NCBI RefSeq assembly: GCF_003334335.1
Contig: NZ_QOWQ01000001.1
Strand: one strand, 5' to 3'
DNA: 64,000 nt
DNA from: Escherichia coli
GTDB taxonomy: Bacteria; Pseudomonadota; Gammaproteobacteria; Enterobacterales; Enterobacteriaceae
Part shown: in pieces, positions 1 through 12,178 of the stretch
Numbering within the stretch: position 1 is the first letter of the stretch
Layout of the letters: every line of letters begins with the position of its first letter
Notes under the pieces: model-generated
Told to the model about the DNA's origin: nothing
The model's database searches: none
The model's input: only the letters and a program-made list of their open reading frames with translations
Translations under genes and position numbers: made by a program

Positions 1-650
1 TCGAAAAACGGCTTTTACAGAGCGGCGAAGATTATATTGCGATGCTTGAGGAAGCTCTTGCGGGTTACGGACGTTATCTGGATCTGCTGCAAGCGCGTGC
101 CGAGCCGGATTTAATCATTCAGGCGTTCAATGAGTACCAGCTTTTGTGCGCCCTGCGGGAAGGGCCGTTTGGCGTGGCTGGACTGAATGAGCGAATTGAG
201 CAGTTTATGCAACAGAAGCGCAAAATTCATCGTCATCCGCACTCTCGTTGGTACGAAGGTCGACCGGTGATGATTGCCCGTAATGACAGCGCGCTTGGGT
301 TGTTTAATGGCGATATCGGTATTGCGCTGGATCGCGGGCAGGGGACGCGCGTCTGGTTTGCGATGCCGGACGGCAATATTAAGTCTGTGCAACCGAGTCG
401 CTTGCCAGAGCACGAAACTACGTGGGCGATGACGGTACATAAATCGCAGGGATCGGAGTTCGACCATGCGGCGTTGATTTTGCCGAGCCAACGCACGCCG
501 GTAGTAACGCGAGAGCTGGTTTATACCGCGGTGACCCGCGCGCGTCGCCGTCTGTCGCTGTATGCCGATGAGCGCATATTAAGTGCGGCAATCGCCACTC
601 GTACTGAGCGGCGCAGTGGTCTGGCGGCGTTGTTTAGTTCACGGGAATAA
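1..650 (+). CDS. recD: RecD (exodeoxyribonuclease V alpha subunit), C-terminal part; 5' end is outside the window
   Basis: Frame is open from the window edge to the stop at 650; contains helicase motif [11 protein letters not shown] and C-terminal [12 protein letters not shown]; convergent with argA as in E. coli. Confidence 0.85.
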
Positions 651-711
651 ACGTAATTGCCGGATGCGACGTACGAGTGTTACGCATGTCGCATCCGACG
701 ATTTTCATCGC

Positions 712-2043
712 TTACCCTAAATCCGCCATCAACACTTTGGATTTACGCTGGTAGTTGTACAACTGCTTTTTGCTCTCGGGCAGTAAATCAATATCCACTG
801 GGGTAAATCCACGTTCCTGGAACCAGTGAATACTGCGCGTGGTCAGCACAAACAATTTGCTTAAGCCGCTCTGCTTCGCCTGAGCGGCAATGCGTTCCAG
901 CAGAACTTCACCCCTTGATGAACTGCGGTAATCCGGGTGAACTGCCACACAGGCCATTTCCCCAATCTTCTCTTCCGGGAACGGATAGAGCGCGGCGCAG
1001 GCAATAGTCGTGTTATCGCGCTGAATAATGGTGAATTTGTCGATTTCCATCTCCAGCTGCTCGCGAGAACGGCGTACCAGAATACCTTGCTGCTCCAGTG
1101 GGCGAATCAACTCCAGAATACCGCCAATATCGTTGATTGTTGCGCGACGAATCTGCTCGGCGCTTTCCATCACAATCTGCGTACCGATACCGTCGCGTGA
1201 GAACAACTCTTGCAACAGCGCGCCATCTTCCTGATAACTGATTAAATGACAGCGACGCACGCCGCTGCGGCAGGCTTTCACTGCGCCACGCAAAAAGCGC
1301 ACCGTACCGGAGTTGTAATCGCCTTTCTCTTCCTGGGCTTCTACCCGCGCTTGCGCTTCGTTAGGGAAAAGTTCGGAGACAATATCACCGTCGTCATTAG
1401 TGACGCCCTGGGAAGAGCAAAAACCAATCATCTTTTCAGCTTTCAGTTTGATGGCCAGTTGAGTGGCAATCTCTTCCGAGGTCAGGTTAAAGCTCTCGCC
1501 AGTGACTGAAACAGCGACCGGCCCCATTAGCACTATTGCACCGCTGTCCAGTTGACGATGGATCGCGTCTTCATCAATCCGCCGGATACGCCCGCTATGG
1601 CAGTAATCCACGCCGTCATCGACGCCCAGCGGCTGGGCAATAATAAAATTGCCACTGACGACGTTGATATGCGCGCCCTGCAGCGGCGTGTTATTGAGAC
1701 TCATCGACAGGCGAGCAGTAATATCCAGTTGCAATGTTCCCGCAGCCTGCTTCACCAGTTCCAGTGTTTTGGCGTCGGTCACACGTATATTCTTGTGATA
1801 CAGCGGTTCGTGGTGATGCGCAGCCAGATTTGCGTCGATCTGCGGACGTGCGCCATAGACCACCACCAGACGGATGCCGAGGCTGTGCAACAACCCGATA
1901 TCATTAACGATACTGGAGAAATTCTCATGCTCAATGGCTTCACCGCCGAGCATGATGACAAACGTTTTTCCCCGGTGGGTATTGATATAGGGAACCGAAT
2001 GGCGGAATCCCTCGACCAACTCGGTTTTACGTTCCTTTACCAC
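712..2043 (-). CDS. argA: N-acetylglutamate synthase
   Basis: ORF 712..2109; recognised N-terminus (M)[33 protein letters not shown], so likely GTG start at 2043 (443 aa); C-terminal GNAT region. Confidence 0.9.
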   Translation of the reverse strand: MVKERKTELVEGFRHSVPYINTHRGKTFVIMLGGEAIEHENFSSIVNDIGLLHSLGIRLVVVYGARPQIDANLAAHHHEPLYHKNIRVTDAKTLELVKQAAGTLQLDITARLSMSLNNTPLQGAHINVVSGNFIIAQPLGVDDGVDYCHSGRIRRIDEDAIHRQLDSGAIVLMGPVAVSVTGESFNLTSEEIATQLAIKLKAEKMIGFCSSQGVTNDDGDIVSELFPNEAQARVEAQEEKGDYNSGTVRFLRGAVKACRSGVRRCHLISYQEDGALLQELFSRDGIGTQIVMESAEQIRRATINDIGGILELIRPLEQQGILVRRSREQLEMEIDKFTIIQRDNTTIACAALYPFPEEKIGEMACVAVHPDYRSSSRGEVLLERIAAQAKQSGLSKLFVLTTRSIHWFQERGFTPVDIDLLPESKKQLYNYQRKSKVLMADLG

Positions 2044-2274
2044 GGCACACCTCTTTGCATGATTATTCGAAATTAGTGTATTTTTATTCTGTTTTTTCGC
2101 AGGGTGCAAGTGTAAATTTTATGCGAGAGCGACTTTTTTATCAGTAATGCCGTGAATATAAAAAGAATGTTTACCGTTTATTAGATGACAGATTATGCGT
2201 CTTTCGCTAAAGTTTCCGGTCAAATTAGTCGTTTACTTGTTACACAGCTTAGATTTCTTTTGCTCGGGAGAGGC

Positions 2275-3528
2275 ATGTCAGGATCCAACACTGCAATCAG
2301 CCGTCGTCGTTTACTGCAAGGCGCGGGTGCCATGTGGCTATTGAGCGTAAGTCAGGTCAGTCTGGCTGCGGTCAGCCAGGTCGTGGCGGTGCGCGTCTGG
2401 CCTGCGTCCAGCTACACCCGCGTGACGGTGGAATCAAATCGTCAGCTGAAATATAAGCAGTTCGCGTTGAGTAACCCTGAACGCGTGGTGGTGGATATCG
2501 AAGATGTAAACCTGAACTCGGTACTCAAGGGGATGGCGGCACAAATTCGTGCAGACGACCCGTTCATCAAGTCGGCGCGCGTCGGGCAATTTGACCCGCA
2601 AACCGTACGGATGGTTTTTGAATTAAAGCAAAACGTAAAACCGCAGCTGTTTGCCCTTGCGCCGGTCGCCGGGTTTAAAGAGCGTCTGGTGATGGACCTC
2701 TATCCGGCCAATGCACAGGATATGCAGGACCCGCTGCTGGCGCTGCTGGAGGATTACAACAAAGGCGACCTCGAAAAGCAGGTGCCGCCAGCGCAAAGTG
2801 GTCCACAACCGGGTAAAGCAGGGCGCGATCGTCCGATTGTCATTATGCTTGACCCTGGCCACGGTGGCGAAGACTCCGGTGCGGTGGGGAAATACAAAAC
2901 GCGCGAAAAAGATGTGGTATTGCAAATAGCTCGCCGTTTGCGCTCTCTGATCGAGAAAGAGGGCAATATGAAGGTGTACATGACGCGCAATGAAGACATC
3001 TTCATTCCATTGCAAGTGCGCGTAGCAAAAGCCCAGAAACAGCGTGCTGACCTGTTTGTCTCTATCCATGCCGACGCCTTTACCAGTCGTCAGCCGAGCG
3101 GTTCCTCTGTGTTTGCGCTCTCAACCAAAGGTGCAACCAGTACTGCGGCAAAATATCTGGCACAAACCCAGAACGCCTCGGACTTGATTGGTGGCGTGAG
3201 CAAAAGCGGTGACCGCTATGTCGACCACACCATGTTCGATATGGTACAGTCGCTGACCATTGCCGACAGCCTGAAGTTTGGTAAAGCGGTACTGAATAAG
3301 CTCGGTAAAATCAACAAGCTGCATAAAAATCAAGTTGAACAGGCCGGGTTTGCCGTACTAAAGGCACCAGATATTCCCTCCATTCTGGTCGAAACGGCGT
3401 TTATCAGTAACGTTGAGGAAGAGCGTAAACTGAAAACGGCGACTTTCCAGCAGGAAGTTGCGGAGTCTATTCTTGCGGGGATTAAAGCGTATTTTGCCGA
3501 TGGGGCGACGCTGGCGAGAAGGGGATGA
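2275..3528 (+). CDS. amiC: N-acetylmuramoyl-L-alanine amidase AmiC (Tat-exported)
   Basis: ORF 2185..3528; recognised start [23 protein letters not shown] with twin-arginine signal; amidase_3 domain (DPGHGGED). Confidence 0.9.
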
Positions 3529-3529
3529 T

Positions 3530-3558
3530 AAAAAGGCGCTGAATGGCGCTTTTTTATG
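3530..3558 (+). terminator. Rho-independent terminator downstream of amiC
   Basis: aaaaaggcgctgaatggcgcttttttat: GC stem (ggcgc/gcgcc) followed by a T-run directly after the amiC stop. Confidence 0.6.
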
Positions 3559-3601
3559 GGAGACCAGAAACAAAAAAACACCCGTTAGGGTGTTCAATAA
3601 T

Positions 3602-3678
<77 letters not shown>

Positions 3679-3887
3679 TCCGTGGATGCGCACTATACTC
3701 CGCTCGCGTTTTCATGCAACCTTTTTTTTACCCCGATCACGGATTTGGCATGATTTTGAACAAAAACAAATCACTAAAGCCTATTTTTTGTGCAAAATTT
3801 GCGTCAGGGAGAGGCTGCTCATTTCATTAAACGCGGCGGTTTGTTATCTTCGTTGCGCCTTATTTTTTAACCTGAAGAAGAGAACAA

Positions 3888-4984
3888 TGAAAGGACGTTG
3901 GGTAAAGTACCTTCTTATGGGCACGGTTGTGGCAATGCTTGCCGCCTGCTCTTCCAAACCAACCGATCGCGGACAGCAATATAAAGACGGGAAATTTACC
4001 CAGCCTTTCTCTCTGGTGAACCAGCCAGATGCCGTTGGCGCGCCGATTAACGCCGGTGATTTTGCCGAGCAAATTAACCATATCCGTAATTCGTCACCGC
4101 GTCTGTATGGCAACCAGAGTAATGTTTATAACGCGGTGCAAGAGTGGCTGCGCGCAGGCGGTGATACCCGCAATATGCGCCAGTTCGGCATTGATGCCTG
4201 GCAGATGGAAGGTGCCGACAACTATGGTAACGTGCAGTTTACCGGTTATTACACGCCGGTAATTCAGGCGCGCCATACCCGCCAGGGCGAGTTCCAGTAT
4301 CCTATTTACCGTATGCCGCCAAAACGTGGTCGTCTGCCGTCTCGTGCGGAGATCTACGCGGGGGCATTGAGTGATAAATATATTCTCGCTTACAGTAACT
4401 CCCTGATGGATAACTTCATTATGGATGTGCAGGGTAGTGGGTATATCGACTTTGGTGATGGCAGTCCGCTTAACTTTTTCAGCTATGCAGGGAAAAACGG
4501 TCATGCCTATCGCAGCATTGGTAAGGTGCTGATCGACCGTGGCGAAGTGAAAAAAGAAGATATGTCGATGCAGGCGATTCGTCACTGGGGCGAAACACAC
4601 AGTGAAGCCGAGGTTCGCGAGCTGCTGGAACAGAACCCGTCTTTCGTCTTCTTTAAACCGCAATCTTTTGCTCCGGTGAAAGGGGCAAGTGCGGTGCCGC
4701 TGGTTGGTCGCGCGTCAGTTGCCTCTGATCGTTCCATTATTCCGCCAGGTACTACCTTGCTGGCAGAAGTGCCGTTGCTGGATAATAACGGCAAATTTAA
4801 TGGTCAGTACGAACTGCGTCTGATGGTGGCGCTGGATGTCGGTGGTGCAATCAAAGGCCAACACTTCGATATCTATCAAGGGATCGGGCCGGAAGCCGGA
4901 CACCGCGCAGGTTGGTACAACCACTATGGACGTGTCTGGGTGCTGAAAACCGCCCCGGGCGCAGGTAACGTCTTTAGCGGCTGA
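3888..4984 (+). CDS. mltA: Membrane-bound lytic murein transglycosylase A (lipoprotein)
   Basis: Real start MKGRWVKYLLMGTVVAMLAACSS (lipobox LAAC) inside the longer artefactual ORF 3458..4984; 365 aa. Confidence 0.9.
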
Positions 4985-5067
4985 TGTGATATTCTGTATG
5001 CCGTTTTTACGGATATGACAGGGTGAGGGGTAACCTCACATCCTGATTATTGACTAAGTGCGCGTTG

Positions 5068-5175
5068 TTCATGCCGGATGCGGCGTGAACGCCTTATCCG
5101 GCCTACAAATCATGCAAATCCAAAATATTGCAGGAGTTATGTAGGCCTGATAAGCGTAGCGCATCAGGCATTTAT
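5068..5175. repeat. REP (repetitive extragenic palindrome) pair, BIME-like
   Basis: gccggatgcggcgtgaacgccttatccggcctaca and inverted tgtaggcctgataagcgtagcgcatcaggca between mltA and tcdA. Confidence 0.75.
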
Positions 5176-5222
5176 GCGTTTAGGGTGAGGGATAACCTCG
5201 CCCTTTTTAATTCTGAGGTGCT

Positions 5223-6029
5223 ATGTCTGTGGTAATTAGTGATGCATGGCGTCAGCGTTTTGGTGGCACAGCGCGTCTGTATGGTGAAAAAGCGTTGCAA
5301 CTGTTTGCTGACGCGCATATTTGTGTGGTTGGTATCGGTGGTGTCGGTTCCTGGGCGGCGGAAGCGCTGGCGCGCACGGGGATTGGCGCAATCACGCTTA
5401 TCGATATGGATGATGTGTGCGTCACCAATACCAATCGGCAAATTCATGCCCTGCGCGATAACGTTGGGCTGGCAAAAGCGGAAGTTATGGCGGAGCGTAT
5501 TCGCCAGATTAACCCGGAGTGCCGTGTAACGGTGGTGGATGATTTCGTGACGCCGGATAACGTAGCGCAGTATATGAGCGTGGGTTATTCGTACGTGATT
5601 GATGCCATTGATAGTGTACGGCCCAAAGCGGCGCTGATTGCTTATTGTCGGCGCAATAAAATCCCACTGGTCACAACCGGTGGCGCGGGTGGGCAGATTG
5701 ATCCGACGCAGATTCAGGTTACCGATCTGGCGAAAACGATTCAGGACCCGCTGGCGGCGAAGTTGCGCGAGCGCCTGAAAAGCGATTTTGGCGTAGTGAA
5801 AAACAGTAAAGGTAAGCTCGGCGTGGATTGCGTGTTTTCTACTGAAGCGCTGGTGTACCCGCAGTCAGACGGTACGGTGTGTGCGATGAAAGCCACGGCA
5901 GAAGGGCCGAAGCGGATGGATTGTGCATCTGGATTTGGCGCGGCAACGATGGTGACCGCCACCTTTGGGTTTGTTGCGGTTTCTCATGCGCTGAAGAAGA
6001 TGATGGCGAAAGCGGCGCGTCAGGGTTAA
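5223..6029 (+). CDS. tcdA: tRNA threonylcarbamoyladenosine dehydratase (CsdL/TcdA), ThiF/MoeB-like E1 fold
   Basis: 268 aa; Rossmann motif VVGIGGVGSWAAEALARTGIG; position next to csdE-csdA. Confidence 0.9.
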   Translation: MSVVISDAWRQRFGGTARLYGEKALQLFADAHICVVGIGGVGSWAAEALARTGIGAITLIDMDDVCVTNTNRQIHALRDNVGLAKAEVMAERIRQINPECRVTVVDDFVTPDNVAQYMSVGYSYVIDAIDSVRPKAALIAYCRRNKIPLVTTGGAGGQIDPTQIQVTDLAKTIQDPLAAKLRERLKSDFGVVKNSKGKLGVDCVFSTEALVYPQSDGTVCAMKATAEGPKRMDCASGFGAATMVTATFGFVAVSHALKKMMAKAARQG

Positions 6030-6079
6030 ACAATCAGGTCGGATGAGACGCGAACGTCTTATCCGACCCGGTTCTGTGC

Positions 6080-6523
6080 TTAAACCTGCTTCGTCGCAGC
6101 GATAATCGCCTCGCTTAACGCATTTAACCCCTGGCTGCGTGAGGCGCTAAGCTGCGCACGTAATCCCAGCTCATCAAACAATGCCAGTGGTGACTGTGCC
6201 TGCAACTCGGCGGCGGTTTTCCCCTCAACGGCAGTCAACAACACCGCCAGCAGGCCGCGCACAATGCGCCCTTCGCTGTCGCCAAAGAAATGCATTTTGC
6301 CGTTTTCAGCCACTGTATATCCCAGCCAGACGCGGTTTTCGCATCCGGCAATCTCTTTAGCCTGCGCTTTTAACTCGTCTGGCAATGCCGGAAGCTGTTT
6401 CCCCAGCATGATCAACTGGCGATATTTATCTTCCCATTGCGTCAACGGTGCGAAGGTATTGCGTAACGTTTCTGCGGTTACGGTTGTGCCGAACGGATGT
6501 CCGGCGAATTGCGGGTTTGTCAT
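6080..6523 (-). CDS. csdE: Sulfur acceptor protein CsdE (SufE-like)
   Basis: 147 aa, [20 protein letters not shown]..., SufE-like; directly downstream of csdA. Confidence 0.9.
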
Positions 6524-7728
6524 TAATCCACCAATAATTCCAGCGCGCGGTCAACGGCATTCACCAGCGCATCCACATCACTCTTTGTATTATATGGCGC
6601 AAAAGAGGCGCGCAGTGTGCCGGTTACGCCTAATTCTGCCAGTAGCGGCTGAGCGCAATGCTGCCCGGCCCGCAGGGCAATACCGTACTCCGCCAGCAGC
6701 GTCACCATATCGCTATGATGAACGCCAGCAAAATCAAAGGCCAGCAGGCTGGAATCCTGGCAGCGGAATGAACGAAAGCCGGGACGTTTCGCCAGCGCAT
6801 CTTCCGCCAGCGTTGCTAAGCTACGGCTCCAGCTTTCGGCCTGGTTGATATCGTAATCTGCCAGCCATTCCAGCGCCGCGCTTAATCCTATGACACCAGC
6901 GACATTTGGCGTTCCAGCTTCCAGTTTCCACGGCGCAGATTGAGTCGTGAAGCCGTCAAAACTCACTTCGTGAACCATTTTGCCGCCGCCCAGCCAGGGC
7001 GACATCGCCTCCAGCAGTTCTGATTTACCATACAGCACGCCGATACCTGTCGGGCCATACAGTTTGTGACCTGAAAAAGCATAGAAATCAATATCCAGTT
7101 GCTGAACATCCGCGGGGAAATGCACTGCCCCCTGAGCACCATCAACCATCACCACCATCCCGGCTGAATGAGCAAAGGTAATCGCTCGCGCCAGATCCGG
7201 GCAACCGCCAGTAACGTTCGACATCTGACCCAACGCCAGAATCCGACTACGGGGAGTAATCAGTTCTGGCAACAAATCGACATCCGGCAGTCGCTGCGCA
7301 TTAAGCGGCAATTTCACCACTTTGGCTCCAGTTTGTTGGGCGACCATCAGCCAGGGGACGAGGTTGGCGTGGTGTTCTGCCACGCTGACAATAATCTCAT
7401 CGCCCGGTTGCAGACGCGGACGCGCATAGCATTGTGCCACCATGTTGATGGATTCAGTGGTGCCGCGCGTCCAGACGATAGTTTTATCATCCGGTGCATT
7501 CAGTAATTGCGCCACTTTCTCTCGTGCAGCTTCATAACGCGCGGTCAGGCGTTGGGCTTCGGCAAACTGGCTGCGATGGACGTTTCCGGCGCTCAGACTG
7601 TAAAACTGTTGGGTGGCTTCAACCACGGCTTCAGGTTTAAGCGCGGTCGCGGCGCTGTCGAGATAGACGCCCGCATCCTGTAGTGCGGGAAACTGGGCGC
7701 GAAACTGCGCGGGATTAAAAACGTTCAT
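6523..7728 (-). CDS. csdA: Cysteine sulfinate desulfinase / cysteine desulfurase CsdA (PLP-dependent)
   Basis: ORF 6523..7764; recognised start [16 protein letters not shown] at 7728 (401 aa); class V aminotransferase motifs ([12 protein letters not shown]). Confidence 0.9.
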
Positions 7729-7916
7729 GGTACTCCTCGGCTTGATGCACCGATCGTGACGCAAAATTCACTTTGATACAAGGAGAGTGCTAACCATCAG
7801 AATTATCTGGATATCCTGGCGAAGCCGCGTAAGTAACATATGCTGAATAGTGTTAGGCGTTAATTTTAGCCTGTTAATCAATACTATTAAGATTTATTAA
7901 TCGCTTTAAGGAGAAG

Positions 7917-8147
7917 ATGATGAAAAAGACTGCCGCAATTATTTCTGCCTGTATGCTGACTTTTGCCCTGAGCGCCTGTTCCGGTTCGAACTATGTGATG
8001 CACACCAATGACGGACGTACCATCGTCTCTGACGGCAAACCACAGACTGATAACGATACCGGTATGATTTCGTATAAAGACGCTAATGGCAACAAACAGC
8101 AGATCAACCGTACTGACGTGAAAGAGATGGTCGAACTGGATCAGTAA
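7917..8147 (+). CDS. ygdI: Small lipoprotein YgdI (DUF903)
   Basis: 76 aa, [24 protein letters not shown] lipobox signal peptide. Confidence 0.8.
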   Translation: MMKKTAAIISACMLTFALSACSGSNYVMHTNDGRTIVSDGKPQTDNDTGMISYKDANGNKQQINRTDVKEMVELDQ

Positions 8148-8163
8148 TTCGCGATCGCAAGGT

Positions 8164-8369
8164 AAAAAAAAGCACCGCAATTAGGCGGTGCTACATTAAT
8201 CACTATGGACAGACAGGGTAAATGTACAGGAAGTGAAAAAAGGTAGCTTTGCTACCATGGTCTGAATCGCAGACCAATTGCAAACACAACAACACAACAT
8301 CACAACCGTAAGCCAAAAGTTCACCAGAACACGCATTCCGATAAAACTTTTCGTTCCGGCTCAGGAAGT
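8164..8369 (-). ncRNA. gcvB: GcvB small regulatory RNA (Hfq-dependent), divergent from gcvA
   Basis: Reverse complement reads ACTTCCTGAGCCGGAACGAAAAGTTTTATCGGAATGCGTGTTCTGGTGAACTTTTGGCTTACGGTTGTGATGTTGTGTTGTTGTG...GCACCGCCTAATTGCGGTGCTTTTTTTT; G/U-rich target-binding region and terminal hairpin with U-run. Confidence 0.85.
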
Positions 8370-8497
8370 GCCGCCACTATAGGTATTTGCTGGTAGAAGC
8401 TCAACGGACAATTTATAATGGCTCAGATTAAAAAAACTAATAGGTTACATAGTGTGATCTAATTGTTAAATTCATTTAACATCAAAGTTTAATAGCC

Positions 8498-9415
8498 ATG
8501 TCTAAACGATTACCACCGCTAAATGCCTTACGAGTTTTTGATGCCGCAGCACGCCATTTAAGTTTCACTCGCGCAGCAGAAGAGCTTTTTGTGACCCAAG
8601 CCGCAGTAAGTCATCAAATCAAGTCTCTTGAGGATTTTTTGGGGCTAAAACTGTTCCGCCGCCGTAATCGTTCACTCCTGCTGACCGAGGAAGGGCAAAG
8701 CTATTTCCTCGATATCAAAGAGATATTTTCGCAATTAACCGAAGCGACGCGTAAACTCCAGGCCCGTAGCGCCAAGGGGGCGTTGACGGTCAGTTTACTC
8801 CCCAGTTTCGCCATTCATTGGTTGGTTCCGCGACTTTCCAGCTTTAATTCAGCTTATCCGGGAATTGACGTTCGAATCCAGGCGGTTGATCGTCAGGAAG
8901 ATAAGCTGGCGGATGATGTTGATGTGGCGATATTTTATGGTCGGGGCAACTGGCCGGGGCTACGGGTGGAAAAACTGTACGCCGAATATTTATTGCCGGT
9001 GTGTTCGCCGCTACTGCTGACTGGCGAAAAACCCTTGAAGACACCGGAAGATCTGGCTAAACATACGTTATTACATGATGCTTCGCGCCGTGACTGGCAG
9101 ACATATACCCGACAGTTGGGGTTAAATCATATCAACGTTCAGCAAGGGCCAATTTTTAGCCATAGCGCCATGGTGCTGCAAGCGGCTATCCACGGGCAGG
9201 GAGTGGCGCTGGCAAATAACGTGATGGCGCAATCTGAAATCGAGGCCGGACGTCTTGTTTGCCCGTTTAATGATGTTCTGGTCAGTAAAAATGCTTTTTA
9301 TCTGGTTTGTCATGACAGTCAGGCAGAACTGGGTAAAATAGCCGCCTTTCGCCAATGGATCCTGGCGAAAGCCGCTGCTGAACAAGAAAAATTCCGCTTT
9401 CGTTATGAACAATAA
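8498..9415 (+). CDS. gcvA: LysR-family regulator of the glycine cleavage system
   Basis: 305 aa, MSKRLPPLNALRVFDAAARHLSFTRAAEELFVTQAAVSHQIKSLE HTH. Confidence 0.9.
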   Translation: MSKRLPPLNALRVFDAAARHLSFTRAAEELFVTQAAVSHQIKSLEDFLGLKLFRRRNRSLLLTEEGQSYFLDIKEIFSQLTEATRKLQARSAKGALTVSLLPSFAIHWLVPRLSSFNSAYPGIDVRIQAVDRQEDKLADDVDVAIFYGRGNWPGLRVEKLYAEYLLPVCSPLLLTGEKPLKTPEDLAKHTLLHDASRRDWQTYTRQLGLNHINVQQGPIFSHSAMVLQAAIHGQGVALANNVMAQSEIEAGRLVCPFNDVLVSKNAFYLVCHDSQAELGKIAAFRQWILAKAAAEQEKFRFRYEQ

Positions 9416-9433
9416 TTTACGTAGGGTACGACC

Positions 9434-9829
9434 ATGACCAGCCGTTTTATGCTGATTTTCGCCGCCATTAGCGGCTTCATTTTTGTGGCTCTGGGCGCTT
9501 TTGGCGCGCATGTGTTAAGTAAAACCATGGGGGCCGTTGAGATGGGCTGGATCCAGACCGGCCTCGAATACCAGGCGTTTCATACGCTGGCGATCTTAGG
9601 TCTGGCGGTGGCAATGCAGCGTCGCATCAGTATCTGGTTTTACTGGAGTAGCGTTTTCCTCGCGTTAGGCACGGTGTTGTTCAGCGGCAGCCTTTATTGC
9701 CTGGCGCTGTCCCATCTGCGTTTGTGGGCGTTTGTCACTCCGGTTGGCGGCGTGAGCTTCCTCGCGGGCTGGGCGTTAATGTTAGTTGGTGCTATCCGTT
9801 TAAAGCGCAAGGGCGTAAGTCATGAATAA
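9434..9829 (+). CDS. ygdD: Inner membrane protein YgdD (DUF423)
   Basis: 131 aa, hydrophobic, overlaps rlmM start by 8 nt. Confidence 0.8.
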
Positions 9830-10922
9830 GGTTGTATTGCTGTGCCGTCCGGGCTTTGAAAAAGAGTGCGCCGCAGAAATTACCGATAAAGCCGGCCAGC
9901 GGGAAATTTTCGGTTTTGCCCGCGTGAAAGAGAATGCGGGTTATGTCATTTATGAATGTTATCAACCTGATGATGGCGATAAGTTAATCCGTGAGCTGCC
10001 GTTCAGTTCATTAATTTTTGCCCGCCAGTGGTTTGTGGTGGGGGAACTCCTGCAGCATTTGCCGCCAGAAGATCGTATTACCCCCATTGTCGGCATGTTA
10101 CAGGGCGTAGTAGAGAAGGGCGGTGAACTGCGTGTTGAAGTTGCCGATACCAACGAAAGCAAAGAGTTACTGAAATTCTGCCGTAAATTTACTGTTCCGC
10201 TACGCGCTGCCTTGCGCGATGCCGGGGTGCTGGCGAACTATGAAACGCCGAAGCGTCCGGTTGTGCATGTATTCTTTATTGCACCAGGCTGCTGCTATAC
10301 CGGTTACTCATACAGCAACAATAATTCGCCGTTCTATATGGGCATTCCGCGCCTGAAATTTCCGGCAGATGCGCCGAGTCGTTCCACGCTCAAACTGGAA
10401 GAGGCATTTCATGTGTTTATTCCTGCGGATGAGTGGGATGAACGCCTGGCGAACGGGATGTGGGCGGTGGATTTAGGCGCTTGCCCTGGCGGCTGGACCT
10501 ACCAACTGGTGAAGCGCAACATGTGGGTTTATTCCGTCGACAACGGCCCGATGGCGCAAAGTCTGATGGATACCGGACAGGTGACGTGGCTGCGGGAAGA
10601 CGGTTTCAAATTCCGTCCGACGCGCAGCAATATCTCCTGGATGGTATGCGATATGGTTGAAAAACCGGCGAAAGTTGCGGCATTGATGGCGCAGTGGCTG
10701 GTTAATGGCTGGTGCCGTGAAACCATTTTCAACCTCAAACTGCCGATGAAAAAACGCTACGAAGAAGTGTCACACAATCTGGCGTATATTCAGGCACAGC
10801 TTGATGAACATGGCATAAATGCTCAGATTCAGGCGCGGCAGTTGTATCACGATCGCGAAGAAGTGACGGTGCACGTCCGCCGCATCTGGGCTGCGGTGGG
10901 TGGTCGTCGCGACGAGCGATAA
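9822..10922 (+). CDS. rlmM: 23S rRNA 2'-O-ribose C2498 methyltransferase
   Basis: 366 aa, [24 protein letters not shown]; SAM-binding motif [10 protein letters not shown]. Confidence 0.9.
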
Positions 10923-10965
10923 CAGGCAAGGCCGGGGCGTCGTCTCCGGCCTGCTACCCTTTCCG

Positions 10966-11697
10966 TCAGGCTGTTACCAAAGAAGTTGCAACCTGGCGCT
11001 CATCAGAAATAATGTGCGTTACCTCATCCAGATGCCCGATGCGGGCTTCCCCTGAACGATTAAATTTACTTTTATCAATCAATAACAACGATTGCGCGGC
11101 ACGTTTTAATAGCATCGATTTGTAATCAGCGTTGATCGCATTGGAGTCCCACAGTGCGCCGCTGCTATCGATCCCTTCACAAGAAAAAATAAACAGATCG
11201 ATTTCCAGCGATTTAAGTTGGGAAATCAGCGAGGGATTGACGTAACAGCCATATTTGCGCTCAAGTGTGCCGCCGGAACTGATCAGTTGAATGCGTTCGC
11301 GTTTACCGAGTTCATGGCAAATCGGATGGCTATTGGTGAAGACCTGAATGTTGATGTCAGGCAACTGGCGTGCCAGATACCAGCAAGTTGAACTGGCGTC
11401 TAAGGCTATCACCATCCCTTCTTCAATCCACGCGAGCGCCTCGCGCGCGATATCTGCTTTATGCGCATAATGGCTTTTCAGCCTGATGTGAAAGGGATCG
11501 CCACTGTCTTGATTTTGACGGTGGATATATTTAGCGCGTCCATGATTGCGCAGAATTTTACCCTGCGTCTGTAATTCATTGAGATCGCGACGAATGGTTT
11601 CTTTACTGACCTTTAGCTGTTCAGAGAGAGCTTCCGTGGTCAGGCTGGTATGGTTCAGCAGCAGGTCGACTATCGCTTGCTGGCGTGCCGCTTTCAT
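10966..11697 (-). CDS. fucR: DeoR-family activator of the L-fucose regulon
   Basis: ORF 10966..11706; recognised start MKAARQQAIVDLLLNHTSLTTEALSEQLKVSKETIRRDL (243 aa). Confidence 0.88.
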   Translation of the reverse strand: MKAARQQAIVDLLLNHTSLTTEALSEQLKVSKETIRRDLNELQTQGKILRNHGRAKYIHRQNQDSGDPFHIRLKSHYAHKADIAREALAWIEEGMVIALDASSTCWYLARQLPDINIQVFTNSHPICHELGKRERIQLISSGGTLERKYGCYVNPSLISQLKSLEIDLFIFSCEGIDSSGALWDSNAINADYKSMLLKRAAQSLLLIDKSKFNRSGEARIGHLDEVTHIISDERQVATSLVTA

Positions 11698-11754
11698 ATT
11701 TTTCACCCCATCATTCGATAACCGCCCGCGTCATGCGGGCGTACCGGTATGAGA

Positions 11755-12177
11755 TTACGGTGTTACCCCTTTTTTTAAAAGAATATTCCCGTACTTCGCT
11801 CGTTCGCCTGTGATAACGATCGCAAAGGCTTTTTGCGCCCGTTCATAAAACGCAAAACGATTGATGCGGATGATGTCAGGACACGGGGCTTGTAGTGAAA
11901 GCGCATTACGGTAACGTCGTTCTACTTCAGGATCGAGAGTGTCACCTTCTACCGCCGCCATCATCACCAGCGGCGGTGCATAACTGTCCAGTTCAAATAA
12001 CGGGATAATCGCCTGGAGCAAGTCGCTCACCAACAGGCCATCAGCGCGGATCACCTGCGGTCCCATCGAATGGGCGGGAAAGTGAGCATCGGAAAAAATA
12101 ATTTCATCTCCATGTCCCATCTCTGCCAGCACTTTCAATAGTTCGGGAGAAATTAACGGCGAAATTGTTTTCAGCAT
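11755..12177 (-). CDS. fucU: L-fucose mutarotase
   Basis: 140 aa, [34 protein letters not shown]. Confidence 0.9.
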
Positions 12178-12178
12178 T

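Noticed and set aside
1552-2076. 174-aa plus-strand ORF
   Set aside because: Antisense inside argA; no independent support.
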